From the human T2T-CHM13v2.0 reference genome, Homo sapiens, in assembly GCF_009914755.1 (NCBI RefSeq), contig NC_060925.1: 64,000 bases of DNA; one strand, written 5' to 3'. The first letter of the stretch is position 1; each line of letters opens with the position of its first letter. A program made the translations under genes and the position numbers. Shown here one piece after another: positions 31,037 to 51,454 of the stretch. The notes under the pieces were generated by a model. That model was not told where the DNA came from, did no database searches, and was given only the letters and a program-made list of their open reading frames with translations.

Positions 31037-31637
31037 TTTTTTTTTGGAGACAGGGTCTTGCTCTGTTGCCCAGAATAGAGTCCAGTGGTACTATCATGGC
31101 TCATTGCAGCCTTGAATTCCTGGGCTCAAGTTATCTTCCTACTTCAGCCTCCTGAGTTGGGACAACAGGAGCGTGCCACCATGCCCTGCTAATTTTTATT
31201 TTTTTATTCTTTTGAACCAAGGTCTCATTCTGTTGCCCAGGCTGGAGTGCAATGGCGCGATCATGGCTCACCGCAGCTTCAACTTCCCCAGTTCAAGTGA
31301 TCCTTCTGCCTTAGCCCCCCAGCAGCTTGGACTACAGGCGTGCACCACCACACCTGGCTAATTTTTGTATTTTGTGTAAAGACAGGGTTTTGCCATGTTG
31401 CCCAGGCTGGTCTTGAACTCCTGGCTCAAATGATCCTCCTGCCTCGGCCTCGCAAAGTGATGATATAGCAGGCGAAAGCTGCCGCACCCAGCTTCTTCTA
31501 TTTTTTTTTCAATTTTATTTTGTAGAGACAGGGTCTTACTATGTTGGCCAGGCCGATCTGAAACTTCTGGCCTAGAGATCTTTCTGTCTTGACCTCCCAA
31601 AGCTCTGGGATTACAGCTGTGAACCATCACACCTGGC
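31037..31637 (-). mobile_element. Nested AluJ cluster
   Basis: One antisense Alu inserted in the linker of another. Confidence 0.85.
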
Positions 31638-31826
31638 CTTGTTTTCTTTTTAGCATAGAGGACTCTATATAAAAGTGCTTTAGTCCCAGATGAGTCACTA
31701 AAAAAGGAATACAGTCATGGTAATTTAGAGTGAGAAGAAAGAGATTATCTAGTTATCAAACTCCCTTGCTTTATAGATGAAGAAATTGAGCTTCAAGAGA
31801 GAAATGACATGCACATGTTTACATGC

Positions 31827-32220
31827 TGTTCCAGTTATCTACTACTGCATAACAAATTACCTTCAAACATAATAGCTTAAAACAACAACTTTAATATAAC
31901 TAAACATTTTGTAGGTTAGTAATTAGGGCAGAGATCAGCTGGGTGGTTCTTTTTCATGTGGTTGACTGAGGCCACCTGGTGGTATTTAGCAGGCAGATGG
32001 CTGGAGGGTTCAAGATTGGTTCAGCCACGTCTCACATTTAGGGTGAATAGGCTGGAAGGCTGGGCTCAGCTGAGACTCAATCAGAGCACCTACATGTGAC
32101 TTCTGTTTCATGATGGTCTCAGGGTAGTTCAACTTTGTACCTGACAGTTCAGGACTCCCAGAGAGAGTGTTCCAAAAGACTAAAAATAGAAGCTGCCAAT
32201 TTCTTAAGTTCTTGGTCCAG
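31827..32220 (-). mobile_element. MLT1 (MaLR) LTR
   Basis: tgttccagttatctactactgcataacaaattacc...agcttaaaacaacaac. Confidence 0.75.
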
Positions 32221-32442
32221 ATAAGATCAATCAGGGAGAGTGGAAGTAAAGCTGAACAATGAAAAATCTTCAATAAATGTTTAATTGAATCTAAGAGAGT
32301 TTTTTAATACTGATTTTCATGAAACTCTGACTTTTCCATTAATTGGAATCAGTGTCTGAATCACACCAAAGCCCTGAAGGAGAAGGAATAGAAATTATTC
32401 TGGATGCTATCATTATTGTTATTTGCATGTCCATCTCTGTTA

Positions 32443-32618
32443 CTTTTTTATTTTTTTAGAGACAGGCAGGTCTCGCTATGTCACCCAGGCTGGAGTGTGG
32501 TGACTATTGACAGGCATGATCATTGCACACTACAGCCTTTAACTCCTGGGCTCAAGTGATCCTCCTGCCTCAGTCTCCCAAGTAGCTGGGACTAAGGTGC
32601 ACGCCACTGCACCTGGCT
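32443..32618 (-). mobile_element. FAM Alu monomer
   Basis: Monomer with ctattgacaggcatgatc segment. Confidence 0.75.
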
Positions 32619-33104
32619 CCTCAGTTACATTTATTGGCTTCTATTTTTCTTTCTCTTGCTTCCTACCTGTGGGCTGTCCCAAGTTTCAGTCCATCACTTG
32701 CTGTACTCTAGGGACTTTGTTTCATGGAAAGTTCTTCTATTCTCACAATTTAAAAACATTTATGTTAACTATTTCTAAATAAACTTCTTTATTCTCACAC
32801 TTACTTAAACTCCAAGCTTTTCCTCCCAATTCTATTTGAAATAGTTCTAATTGGGACGGTTCTAATCTCACTCTATCTCAAATTCAAAACGTCAAAAATA
32901 AGAGTAGTATCCCCAAAACAAAGTCATCATCTCCTTCTGAAAACTAGCTTCTCCCAAGCTCCCTCTTTTTCTATATAATTATTCTTATTATTCCAGGCTT
33001 AGAACTTTGGTGTCATCTTAAATTTCCCCCTTCTTTACTATAAACTATGTTTATAGATCACTTTCTGTTATAGTTTCTCTCTTTCAAAATTTCTATTAGA
33101 TCCA

Positions 33105-33451
<347 letters not shown>

Positions 33452-33909
33452 CTAGCATTGTCTGAAACCTCACCACCTTATACTGTGGTAACATTCTCAT
33501 TTGCCTTTGTGGCTCACCTTTCCTCCCTTCAGTCTGTCTTGTATACTGCTGTCAGGCTAATTTTCAAATGATTGCATTATGTAAATTCTTTTCTAAAAGA
33601 AATCCATAAAGTTTATTGTTATTATCTGTTCAAATACAAATGTCTCTGACAGAGGTCCTAAAGTCCTCTGTCTCCAGTTCCCACCCTCCATACCTACTCT
33701 ATTTAGCCCTTTTTACCTATACAACTTTATTTCCCCATGTTATTCAAGGAAAACCTCCACAGCATTATTTTTTCTATTTCTCTTGTTTTCCCTTCAGTGA
33801 GAGTAACAGGCAATATAACTTTCTGGTTGATAGCTCTGGATCTGGAGTTAGACAGACTTGGGTTTGAATCCTATCTTGCCACCATAATGACCTTGATCAA
33901 ATTAATTAA

Positions 33910-34211
33910 TTTTTTTTTTTTTTTTGAGACAAGTTTTCAGTCTGTTGCTCAGGCTGGAGGGCAGTGGCGCGATCATGGCTCACTGCAGCCTTGACCTCCC
34001 CAGGCTCAGGTGATCTTCCCACCTCAGCCTCCCTAGTAACTGGGACTATAGGCACGTGCCACCATGCCTAGATAATTTATTTTTGTGTGTTTTGTAGAGA
34101 CGAGGTCTCACTATGTTGCCCAGGCTGCTCTCGAACTCCTGGGCTCCACTGATCCACTGTCTCGGCCTCCCAAAGTGTTGGGATTGCAGATGTGAGCCAC
34201 CACGCCCAGCC
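33910..34211 (-). mobile_element. AluJ inserted in a MIR
   Basis: Antisense Alu with MIR halves on both sides. Confidence 0.88.
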
Positions 34212-34519
34212 AATCAAAATACTTTCTGATCCTTAGTTGCCTATTTGAAAAATAGGAATAATAACAGGGTTGTTATGCAAATGAAAAGAGATAATACATG
34301 CAAAGCAATATAATGTTGACTATTATTACTTCAATCTTCTTTTTTCCCTCTACCTAACCATTTTTCAATTTTGTACCATTCATTGCTCTTGTTGCATGTT
34401 GTGCTTACTATTACAATATTTGCCACACTATCTTGTAGTTTTCTTCCTACCTCCTTGAAGGTAAGAACAGGATATATTCGTAGTAATATTCCCAGTGTCT
34501 GGCATGTGGAAGATGTATT

Positions 34520-35168
34520 TGTCAAAGAACGAAGTTTTGGCCAGGCATGGTAGCTCACACCTGTAATCCTAACACTTCGGGAGGCCAAGGCGGGCAGATT
34601 GCTTAAGCTTAGGAGTTCAAGACCAGCCAGGGCAACTTGGTGAAATCCCATCTCTACAAAAAAAAAAAGAAAAAATTAGCTGGATGTGGTGGCTTGCACC
34701 TGCAGTCCCAGCTATGTGCGGGGGCTGATGCAGAAGGATCGCTTGAGCCCAGGAGGTCAAGGCTGCAGTGAGCTGTGTTTGTGCCACTGCACTCCAGCCT
34801 GGGTGACAAAATAAGACCCTGTATCAAAACAAACACACAAACAAAAAAGTTTCAGCAAATTAAATTTCAAAGCTCTGATTGAGTTATTAGTAACTCATGA
34901 ACTGGGCAATATGTAATCTACAAAATAAAAAGGAGCTCTAATGAGCTAAACAGAGTGGGTGAGTTTTATAGGCAGAAAAAAGCAGAAGCAGACAGAAACA
35001 AAAAACAAATAGCAGATTGACCATTTCAAGGTTAATTTCCTTACAGGGATATAAGTGAAATCCTGTTGGCCTAATGGGATTTGGTTATCATCTCTTAGGT
35101 TTTGGTTTGGTGATGTGAAACTTTAGCATGGGTGATTCCATTTTGGACCTGCTATATTTTATTTAACA
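34520..35168 (-). mobile_element. MER4-group ERV1 solo LTR containing an AluJ (34539-34848)
   Basis: tgtcaaag...tttaaca termini, ttttatagg TATA on minus strand, ccattttgg motif; exact family not determined. Confidence 0.6.
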
Positions 35169-36277
35169 TGCTCAATAAATGGGTGCTAAGGGAATGAAGA
35201 CTTTTTTCGCTATTCTAACCCTAATATTATCTCTTTTGAATGCATATAATAATTATAGTATTCACTTCACAACCTAGCATTTAATTATTTAATGCCTCTT
35301 ACTGCTTCATGCATTGTATTTCCCCAATTAGATTAGATATTCTTTAAGGGTACACAGTAATCTAATAAATACATGTTAAACTACAGAAAAATATACAGTA
35401 GGCACTTAATGAATTATTGTTAAATGAATGAGTGAAACACTTTACCTCTTGCCTTTCCATTACTGACTTGCCCATTGGTATTTCTAGGATCTGAGTTGTT
35501 AGAAGAAAAATAGGAGAAGGCTGGTCGGCTTTTGCTCCAGTGAATGGTGGTATATAAGTATCCTCTGTCACAAATTCACCTAATTACTTTGGAAAGTTAT
35601 CTATAGTCTTTTGGGAATCACTGTCATATTTATAATGCACTACCACTTGGCAACTAGTTACATAACTTCCTATGTTTCACTTATAGTCTCTCAAATCTTT
35701 TTGATAATTGCATGGCACACTTAGTTTTAAGAGCAAGCTTATTTAAAGTAGCAAAAAGATATTCTCCTATTTCAATGAAGCAAAAAGATTTGTCATGACT
35801 AAAAGTACAATGAAATATTTTTATAGGCTGAGGTAGTATCAATGATAAGAATTTTGCTTTACCTTGCTATGAAGATTTTCTGTGATAAATGCTCCAAAAG
35901 TTTTAATATTGCTAATTTTGAAAGTTCTGGCCATTGGTGGCAATGGAGCCTGGGTGAGCTGGAGGTGCCTGGGGTATGGGGCAGTTGGGCCTTCCGGTCT
36001 TCAGAAAGGTACCATGTGAATAGTGGTCTTTGACCACTGACACTTGCCAGAGCTCGCATCAAGTGTGATTTGAGGATTAAGCCTTCCAGGGAGGGAGTGA
36101 GCTGGGAAACAGTTCCTAGCACCTGGGACCATCCTGTACCTAAATCTTTTCAGAGGGAGTCCAGAGTCCCCATAGGGATTTTCTCCACTAACTCTATTTC
36201 TGGAGCATCTAGATCCTGTCTGCCTCTTGTACATTATAGTCACCACTGAATGTATACAATTTTTGTTTTTTAAAGAT

Positions 36278-36440
36278 GGCTGGGCACAGTGGCTCACATC
36301 TGCAATCTCAGTGCTTTGGGAGGCTGAGATGGGAGGATGGTTTGACCCCAGGAGTTTGAGGTGAGAGTGAGCTATGATTGCACCACAGCATTCCAGCCTG
36401 GCCAATAGAGCAACAACCTGTCTTTAAAGAAAAAAGAAAA
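36278..36440 (+). mobile_element. Alu monomer (FRAM/FAM)
   Basis: Monomer with A tail. Confidence 0.8.
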
Positions 36441-36587
36441 GCTTTGTGGGCTGTTCAGATACCAAAGAATATCTTTGGGTAATTTTTAAAATTTTATGTA
36501 GGGTTAATTTGAGGATGCAGAAAGCACTCATCACTCCTAGAGGGCTTTCTACCTTTAGATAAGGCTGGAAAAAGAATAAAAGCTCTG

Positions 36588-37066
<479 letters not shown>

Positions 37067-37219
37067 TTACCCCAGCTCCCTTGCCCTCTGGCTTCTGGTT
37101 GGGTCAAGACACCATAAAGGCACCTTATAAGCTTACTGTATGGAGATCAGAGGGCACCAGGAAAGAAAGGTCAGAGTATTTATTGTCTACTTCATCCCCT
37201 ATGGTTATATCCACTGCTA

Positions 37220-37306
37220 AAGTGACCAGGTTGGCCCAGCTTGCCCAGGACTTTCCTAATTTTAGCACTGAAAGTCCCACACCCAGGATGGTTGGTTGGT
37301 CACCTA
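37220..37306. mobile_element. MER94-like hAT-Blackjack fragment
   Basis: gtgacca...tggtcacc inverted ends with ttgcccaggactttcc...ttttagcactgaaagtcc. Confidence 0.65.
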
Positions 37307-37870
37307 ATCTATTGGCCTTCTTTTCCAAGTTTCCAGCTTTAGCTGGGTACACATAAAAGCTCCCTCTCCTCATCTTCATTTCTTTACTTTCTCACCATCT
37401 CTCAACCCACTTCTGTCTCTACCGACATGATCCCACCATCCATCCTCTTCTCTTTTTGTGTGTTGGTTTATCTATCTTTTCATCTATTTTACTACTAATT
37501 TCTACATTGATGATTCCCAAGTATACATCTACAGCACTCCCCTGCCCTCATATTTGGAGGGCTGACATTTATTTAAGGCTTATTCTGTGCCAGAAACAGT
37601 TGCAAGGATTTTATAAGCATTATCTTATTTAATCTTCAGAGTGAGCTTGTAAGGTAAGTAATATTATTATCTCTATTTTAGCAGATGAGGAAACCAAACA
37701 TTTAAAAGGCTAGAAACTGGTGGATTGCCAATTTTCAGACTCTGCCCTATGTGACTTCAGAGCTCCTACCCCTCAGGGAGACCCTGCCTGAGCATCCTCT
37801 GTGTTCTCCCTCCTTCTCCTGTTCTGGTTTCCCTGATAACACTCACCTCTGCCTGAAATTTTATGTATAA

Positions 37871-38831
<961 letters not shown>

Positions 38832-39158
38832 TGAACTAGTTAATTCATTCACTTGACAACTATGACAATTTGACAACTACTTGAACTCCCTCTGAAAGTG
38901 AATAAAGGAAATATTTCTTACATTAGTATTTTCAAATCTCTTTAGGGAGCACTACTTCACTCACCAGAGAAGCTAAGAGAGAGAGTTCCAATTTGAACAA
39001 TAGGTGGACAGAGGTAAGCTAGAAAAGGGAAACCTTCTATTTATTTCTTAAAATTGCGGTACAACATACCTAAATAAACAAATGAAAAAGTTCCACATAT
39101 GAATAATAGCTGCCACAGTTACAAGGTTGTTTGGTTTTATTAAAAAATAGACATTTTA

Positions 39159-39460
39159 GGCTGGGTGCAGTGGCTCATGCCTGTAATCTCAGCACTTTGG
39201 GAGGCCGAGGTGGGTGGATCACGAGGTCAGGAGATCGAGACCATCCTGGCTAACACGGTGAAACCCCATCTCTACTAAAAATACAAAAAATTAGCCGGGC
39301 ATGGTGGTGGGCGCCTGTAGTCCCAGCTACTCGAAGGCTGAGACAGGAGAATCTCTTGAACCTGAGAGGCAGAGGTTGCAGTTGCAGTGAGCCGAGATCA
39401 CGCCACTGCACTCCAGCCTGGGCAACAAAGTGAGACTCCATCTCAAAAAAAAAAAAAAAA
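39159..39460 (+). mobile_element. Alu (Sc/Y-like)
   Basis: Full sense Alu. Confidence 0.9.
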
Positions 39461-39899
39461 ATTTAGAGCAGTTTTAGGTTCATGACAAAATAGTAGAATT
39501 CCCATATGTAGGCTTACTTCATTTTTTAATTGTGCTTCACAGATACTGCATTTTTTTACAAATTGAAAGTTTGGGGCAATGTGGCATCAAGCAAGTCTAT
39601 TGGTACCATTTTTCTGACAGCATGTGGTCATTTCGTGTCTGTGTGTCACATTTTGGTAATTCTGACAATATTTCAAACTTTTCCATTATTATTATATCTG
39701 TTATGGTGATCTGTGATCAATGATCATTGATGTTTCCATTGTAATTATTTTGGGGTGCCATGATTGTGCCCATATAAGATGGCAAACTTAATTGATGAAT
39801 GTTGTGTGTATTCTGACTACTCCACCAACCAGCCGTTCCCCTGTCTCTTACCCTCTCCTCTTGCCTCCCTATTTCCTGAGACACAAAAGTATTGAAATT

Positions 39900-41640
<1,741 letters not shown>

Positions 41641-41661
41641 ATGAGCAAAGAAAGTGGTTTC

Positions 41662-42270
41662 TTTTTTCTTTTCAAGTATTTTAAAAATTGAAGTAAAATC
41701 CAGGTAACATAAAAGTAACCATTTTAAGGTGAATAGTTCAATGGCATTTAGTACATTCACACTTGTGCAATCATCTCCTCTATCTAGTTCCAAAACATTT
41801 TCATTACACCAAAGGGAAACCCCATACCCATTAAGCTGTTACTCACTTCTTATCCTTCCCGATATGATTTGGCTCTGGGTCCCCACTCAAATTTCATGTT
41901 GAATTGTCATCCCCAGTGTTGGGGGAGGGGCCTGGTGGGAGATGATTGGATCATGGGGGCAGATTTCCCCCTTGCTGTTCTCATGATAGTGAGTTCTCAC
42001 AAGATCTGATTGTTTAAAAGTATGTAGCACCTTCCCTCTGGCTCTCTCTCTCTATCCCCTGCTGGCCTTGTGAGGATGTGCTTACCTCCCTTTCACCTTT
42101 CACCATAATTCCTGAGGCCTCCCTAGCCATGCTTCACATATAGCCTGTGGAACTGTGAGTCAATTAAACCTCTTTTCTTTATAAATTACACAGTCTCAGG
42201 TAGATCTTTATGGCAACGTGAGAATGGGCTAACACATCCCCTCCCCCAGCCCTTGGCAATCACTGTTCTA
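41662..42270 (-). mobile_element. L1M 3' fragment in Tigger1, containing an MST LTR (41860-42236)
   Basis: TSD a(a/g)gaaagtggttt; MST gatatgatttggctctg...gctaacaca. Confidence 0.85.
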
Positions 42271-42299
42271 AGGAAAGTGGTTTCTTGAGATGAAACCTA

Positions 42300-43322
<1,023 letters not shown>

Positions 43323-43894
43323 AATTTTTGAAAGTTCTACTGTGAGTAAAATGCTATCAAACAGCATCATATGCTACCAAGTAATCTTTTGTGAAAGGAA
43401 CAGTCAATCGATATAGCACACTTCATTGTTGTCTTGTTTTAAGAAATTGCCACAGCCACCCCACAAACCTTTAGCAATCACCACCCTGATCAGTCAGCAG
43501 CCGTCAACATGGAAGCAAGACCCTCCATCAGCAAAAAGACTATGACTTGCTGAAGGCTCAGATAATTTTTAACATTTTTTTTTAGCAATAAAGTATTTTT
43601 AAATTAAGATTTGTTTAAAGAAATAATGCTATTGAACACTTAATAGACTACAGTATAGTGTAAACATGACTTTTATATGTACTGATAAACCAAAAAAATT
43701 CATGTGACTATTTGCTTTTTGTGGTGGTCTGCTACCGATCCTGCAGATTAATACAGGTATGCCTGTATTAACAAATCTAGATTGTATCAGTCAGAGTAGG
43801 CTAAAATATGCTGGGTAGCAGACAACTCCAAACTGCAGTGGCTAATACAACAAAAGTTTGTTTCACCATTTGAACATTCACATGCAAAAAAAAA

Positions 43895-44193
43895 ATTTTT
43901 TTTGAGACAGGGTCTTGCTTTGTTGCCCAGGCTACTGCTCAGTGGCAAGATCACAGCTCACTGCAGCCTCAACCTCCCAGGCTTAATTGATCCTCCCACC
44001 TCAGCCTCCAAAGTACCTGGGACTACAAGTGCACACCACCATGCCCAGTTAATTTTTTTTTTTTGTATTTTTTGTAGCGACAGGGTTTTGCCATGTTGCC
44101 CAGGGTGGTCTCAAACTCCTGGGCTCAAGCAATCCTCCCACCTCAGCCTCTCAAAGTGTTGGGATTACAGGCAGAAGCCACCACACCCAGCCA
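43895..44193 (-). mobile_element. AluJ
   Basis: Antisense Alu. Confidence 0.88.
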
Positions 44194-44194
44194 C

Positions 44195-46030
<1,836 letters not shown>

Positions 46031-46221
46031 AGTCACTGCTTATTGTAGACATTTAGGAACTGAAAGCGACAGACATTCTATCTCAACCCAAGCTTCCATG
46101 ATTACCATAGCATGGGGGAGGGAGATGTGTCTCTGCTTCTTAAAGATTCTCCTGAGAAGTGATACATGTCACCCATTTTATTGGTCAAAGCAATTAACTT
46201 CAGGGGTGCAAGAAAGTGCAA

Positions 46222-47761
<1,540 letters not shown>

Positions 47762-48851
47762 TGATGAGAATTGAAATAAAGTGAAACCTGAAAGGTAGTA
47801 GGTAAGTAGATACAGTGAGGGTACAGTAAGAAGACAGACTTAAAAGATTAGGACTATTATTCAGGAGAAGCAGAGGAGTGGAAGGGTATGACCACAATAT
47901 TTAAAGTATTGAATGGTATTGGATAAAACGAATATGCTTATTTGCCAAATTCTGAGATCACAGGCTGAGGGAACCCCTTTTGAAGTATGAGCCAAATGAG
48001 CTTAGACCACAAAAGGTACTTTTTCAGAGACAGAAAAAATATGGTGTTCACTATCCCTGTGGCATAATATGGGACAAAAATATAAAATGGCTTTAAAAAT
48101 ATTTTGACGAAATTATAAATAAAGATTCCACACGTGGCTACTAAGAGGAGCTGGGTTGTACCTAGGTGTAAGTTAAAGAGACAAGCATACAATCTCACAG
48201 CTTGTCAGTTGGGACCCCTGTAGGCAGCAGAATCTGGGCAGGCTAAGGGTCTGCACTAATAAACAATTCTGTTTTCTTAAACCATTTTGCAGGGGACTAT
48301 TCTCAGATTTCATTACAACTAGGAAGGACTGCAAAGCGGGTAAACAGAAAACAACCTTTCATCGTTAGGAAAAAAATCGTCTGAAAGTCTTTCATAAAAG
48401 CAGCTCCTGATAAGGAGTTTGGGACTGGACAGTGAATCGCTGAATAAAATTTAATCTCGACATCCTGGGTCTTCTCCCCTCTGAAGGAAATTCTAACAGC
48501 AGGCCTTAGGATGAAAGTAGAGGAAACGTGCTTCAGTTAAGGTTTTCTCCAGGGAAAAGAAATCGGCCCAGCAAGATGCACAGAGCACCGTTACGACCAC
48601 GCACACCGAAGGTCGCACACGACCCTTTTCCTGTATAACAGTGCCAGCCTGCCGACGACCAGGAGCGCAGCTTTCACTATTGTGTTAGCCCCGGCGGCGG
48701 AAGGACTGAGCCTCACTGCAACGTTAAAGAGTCCTTCTTTGTTCAGCCCCAGTCGGGGACGCAGGGCGCGGTGTTCCTCCGCGCTCGCCGCGCAGTCCCT
48801 GCCCCCCCGCGGCTTTGGAGAGCTGCCATTCGGCACCGGAGTCGCTCCGCG

Positions 48852-48866
48852 CTCCCAGAATGCACC
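48852..48866 (+). promoter_or_regulatory. ZNF143 (SBS) motif CTCCCAGAATGCACC
   Basis: Matches the SBS core YTCCCANAATGCAY near the presumed TSS. Confidence 0.65.
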
Positions 48867-48883
48867 GGCAGTCCGCGGGAAAC

Positions 48884-48893
48884 CAAAATGGCG
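48884..48893 (+). promoter_or_regulatory. YY1 motif CAAAATGGCG
   Basis: AANATGGCG consensus in the usual downstream-of-TSS orientation. Confidence 0.7.
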
Positions 48894-49113
48894 AGGGGCT
48901 GTATTGAAGTGGGCTGTGTTTGAGGCCGGTGTAAGAACGCTCATTCTACCCCCAACCCTTGTCTCCAAGGACCTCGGTTTGTGCGTGCATATGTGCCGGG
49001 TACCCGGTGGGGCGGGTGCCCAGTAAGTGCTCGGACTCGCAGGGGAAGCGCCCACGGGGACGGATTGGTTGTTTTTTCCTGTATGAAGCGGTTGGCACCA
49101 CTGAAGTGACCGA

Positions 49114-49118
49114 ATGAG
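49114..49118 (+). CDS. MTF2: First 5 coding nt (ATG AG) of metal response element-binding transcription factor 2 / Polycomb-like 2; CDS continues beyond the window
   Basis: ATGAG immediately before the donor fits a protein starting M-R (MTF2: MRDSTGAG...); no downstream coding exon seen in the window. Confidence 0.68.
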
Positions 49119-51254
49119 GTGAGAGACCTTGGCCTGGGAACCGACTCTTCCGGAGGAGATGGGGGTTGGGGGAAGGAGGAAGAAAGAAAGCAAGTATAAA
49201 AGGGAAAGATGGAGGACCAAGGTGGGGGTGGGGGCTCCTGTATGTGGGTGCCTTTGCATTTATGTGTATATTGAAAAGAATGGATGAAGAGGAGTAGTCA
49301 GTTGAGTGTTGGGAGAAAATAGGGACTAAAGGAGCGAGGAGGTCGTTGGGGGAGTCTGTTGGAGGAACAAGATGAAACGTTGAGACGGGGAAGCTGTGTT
49401 TGGAGGGCAGGAAGGAACCTGGGGGCGGGAGACGGTTGGAGGGGCAGGATGAACCTGGTGACGAGGGGGTGGGGAGCCGAGAGGAGGAGCCGTTGGGAAA
49501 TGGGGGCTGAGGGAAATGTGGGGAGCAGAGTGGAGGGCTGCCTGGGACCTTAGCAGTGCGCAAAGGGAAGTAGCAGCTTGGAATCGGAGGGTGGAATTGT
49601 ATGGAATTGGAGTAAAGGGGGTCGAGTGTAAGTGCTGGTAAGGATAAGGGGAACACACTGAAGTGGAGGTTGGAAGCACAACCTGAAAGCTTAAAGGGAA
49701 GCGGTGGGAGGGAAAGTGAGATGGGGGAAAGCTAGGTAGCTTATATTTGGAGCTCACCAAAAATATGAGGCTTTTCTTGTGTTTAATTAAACCTAACTCA
49801 TATAATCTACGTCTAGGATGTAGATTTGTATTGTATTCATTTTTACAACTGAGGTAATTACGGCTCAAGGAATTTTAACCAATTTGCCAAGATTTCTTAA
49901 CATATTTCGGTAGTGCCAGAACTCTAACTCTGTGTTTTACAATCTGGTGTCCTTGGTTGCTAGAATTTTTCTTTGGAAGCAATTAGAGGGAACAGATGGA
50001 TTTATCGGGGTAATCTGACTAACAGCAAGGGTTTGTGAACAATGGGAAAAGGCTTATGGAATGTTACTCTATTCTTTAAAACATTTAACTTTGGTTAAAG
50101 ATAGAAACCATGTAACACTAACTTAAATGTGAAAACCTAGCTAGGCCTGTGTGTAATACATAGGAAGGCACCATGTGAGGTCAGTACAGAGCTAGAAATA
50201 TGTAAATAGTACCTGATTTAATTTGACTTCAGAACCTCCGGTAGTAATAGTAGTTACTTTCTCCTTCAGATGGATTCCATGTGACCCTCCTGTATACCTA
50301 GCCTACAAGCTGGTTTCAATTTCCATGGGTTCATTCTCTCTTGGGAATTCCTTTTTTTTTTTTTTTTGTCAGTAAATTTCAAAGATAGTTGTATGTAGAA
50401 GTAGTTAATGTGGATAAAATGTAATTAAATTCACAATAACCTTTTTAAGATTTGAAAATGCTTTAAAGGGAGTTGTTTTGACTGATGGCTTTAAGTGCCC
50501 TATAGTTTAGTTATAACTTGAGAGGGAATACAAAATGACTTGTTTTTTCAGATTCCTAAATATAAAAATGTATTTGAATTCACATTTTAAAATTAGTTCA
50601 CCTGCAGTTTTTTAAAGTGCTAAAAATGTTCTAAATATTTGAATTAAGAACACACCTGCTTCCTGATACTACATTTATAATGTTAGTGGGTATTAACGGA
50701 AATGTGTAACTATCAGGATGAAATGCATACACAGTTTTAGAACTAGTTGTACAGAAATCATCTTGTTAAGCCTTTTTTCTAGATGACACAATTATATTTA
50801 ATAGTTCTTTAAATCATCCCCGTTGCCTCAAAGCTCTGTTAGGAAAGACATTCTGTGTATTTTACTGTGGGTCATTAACTCTTTGATTTCATGGATTATA
50901 AATATTCCTTTTTGTGGGATCTTTGAAGGATAATTTGCTTTAATCATTTTTCAGCATAATCTTTACATCTGACTTGAGGAAACTGACAGTATATTGTTAA
51001 TCTATATTTTAACAGAGAAATTTGCCTCTGAGGAGTTGCCATGACCAACATCTGTAGCTTGATGGTTCTGAAAGTAAAACTTAACTGCTGTTTTAGTTAG
51101 TCGACACTTCCATGAACGATCTTTGATGGTTAATATTTTTGTACTTTGTTTTCCCTGTTCTTCAGGAAAATTTGTTTATTGCTGTGAAATCCAGTATAAC
51201 CATCCTAAATTGGAATGTAAAAGTTTCCCTGTGGATATTTCTTATATGTTAGAG

Positions 51255-51454
51255 TAGTGCTATCTAGTAGAAATTTCTCCAGTGATGGCAGTGTTCTATA
51301 TCTGCTGTATCCAGTACAGTAGCCACTAGCTGCATGTGGGTATTGAACTCTAGAAATGTAACTAGTGAGACTAAGAAGTGAATTTATAATTTAATTCATT
51401 AAAACTAAAATTTAAATGGCCATATGTAGCAGTGCTACTGTATTGGACAGCACA
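51255..51454 (+). mobile_element. MER3 (hAT-Charlie)
   Basis: agtgctatctagtagaaatttct...gtagccactagc...ctactgtattggacagcacag. Confidence 0.85.

Larger units (their letters stand above)
48850..49118 (+). other. MTF2: Exon 1 (5'UTR plus start codon); 5' boundary approximate
   Basis: Ends at donor GAG|GTGAGA (GT at 49119-49120); 5'UTR recalled as MTF2, not verified by search. Confidence 0.7.
48560..49160 (+). promoter_or_regulatory. MTF2: CpG-island promoter (probably MTF2)
   Basis: The only non-Alu CpG-dense segment in the window; contains ZNF143 and YY1 motifs and precedes a splice donor. Confidence 0.85.

Noticed and set aside
48591-49868. Antisense ORFs of 222, 236 and 180 aa and a sense 114-aa ORF over the promoter
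   Set aside because: Stop-poor frames are expected from GC-rich, purine-skewed sequence; Pro/Ser low complexity, no recognisable domain.
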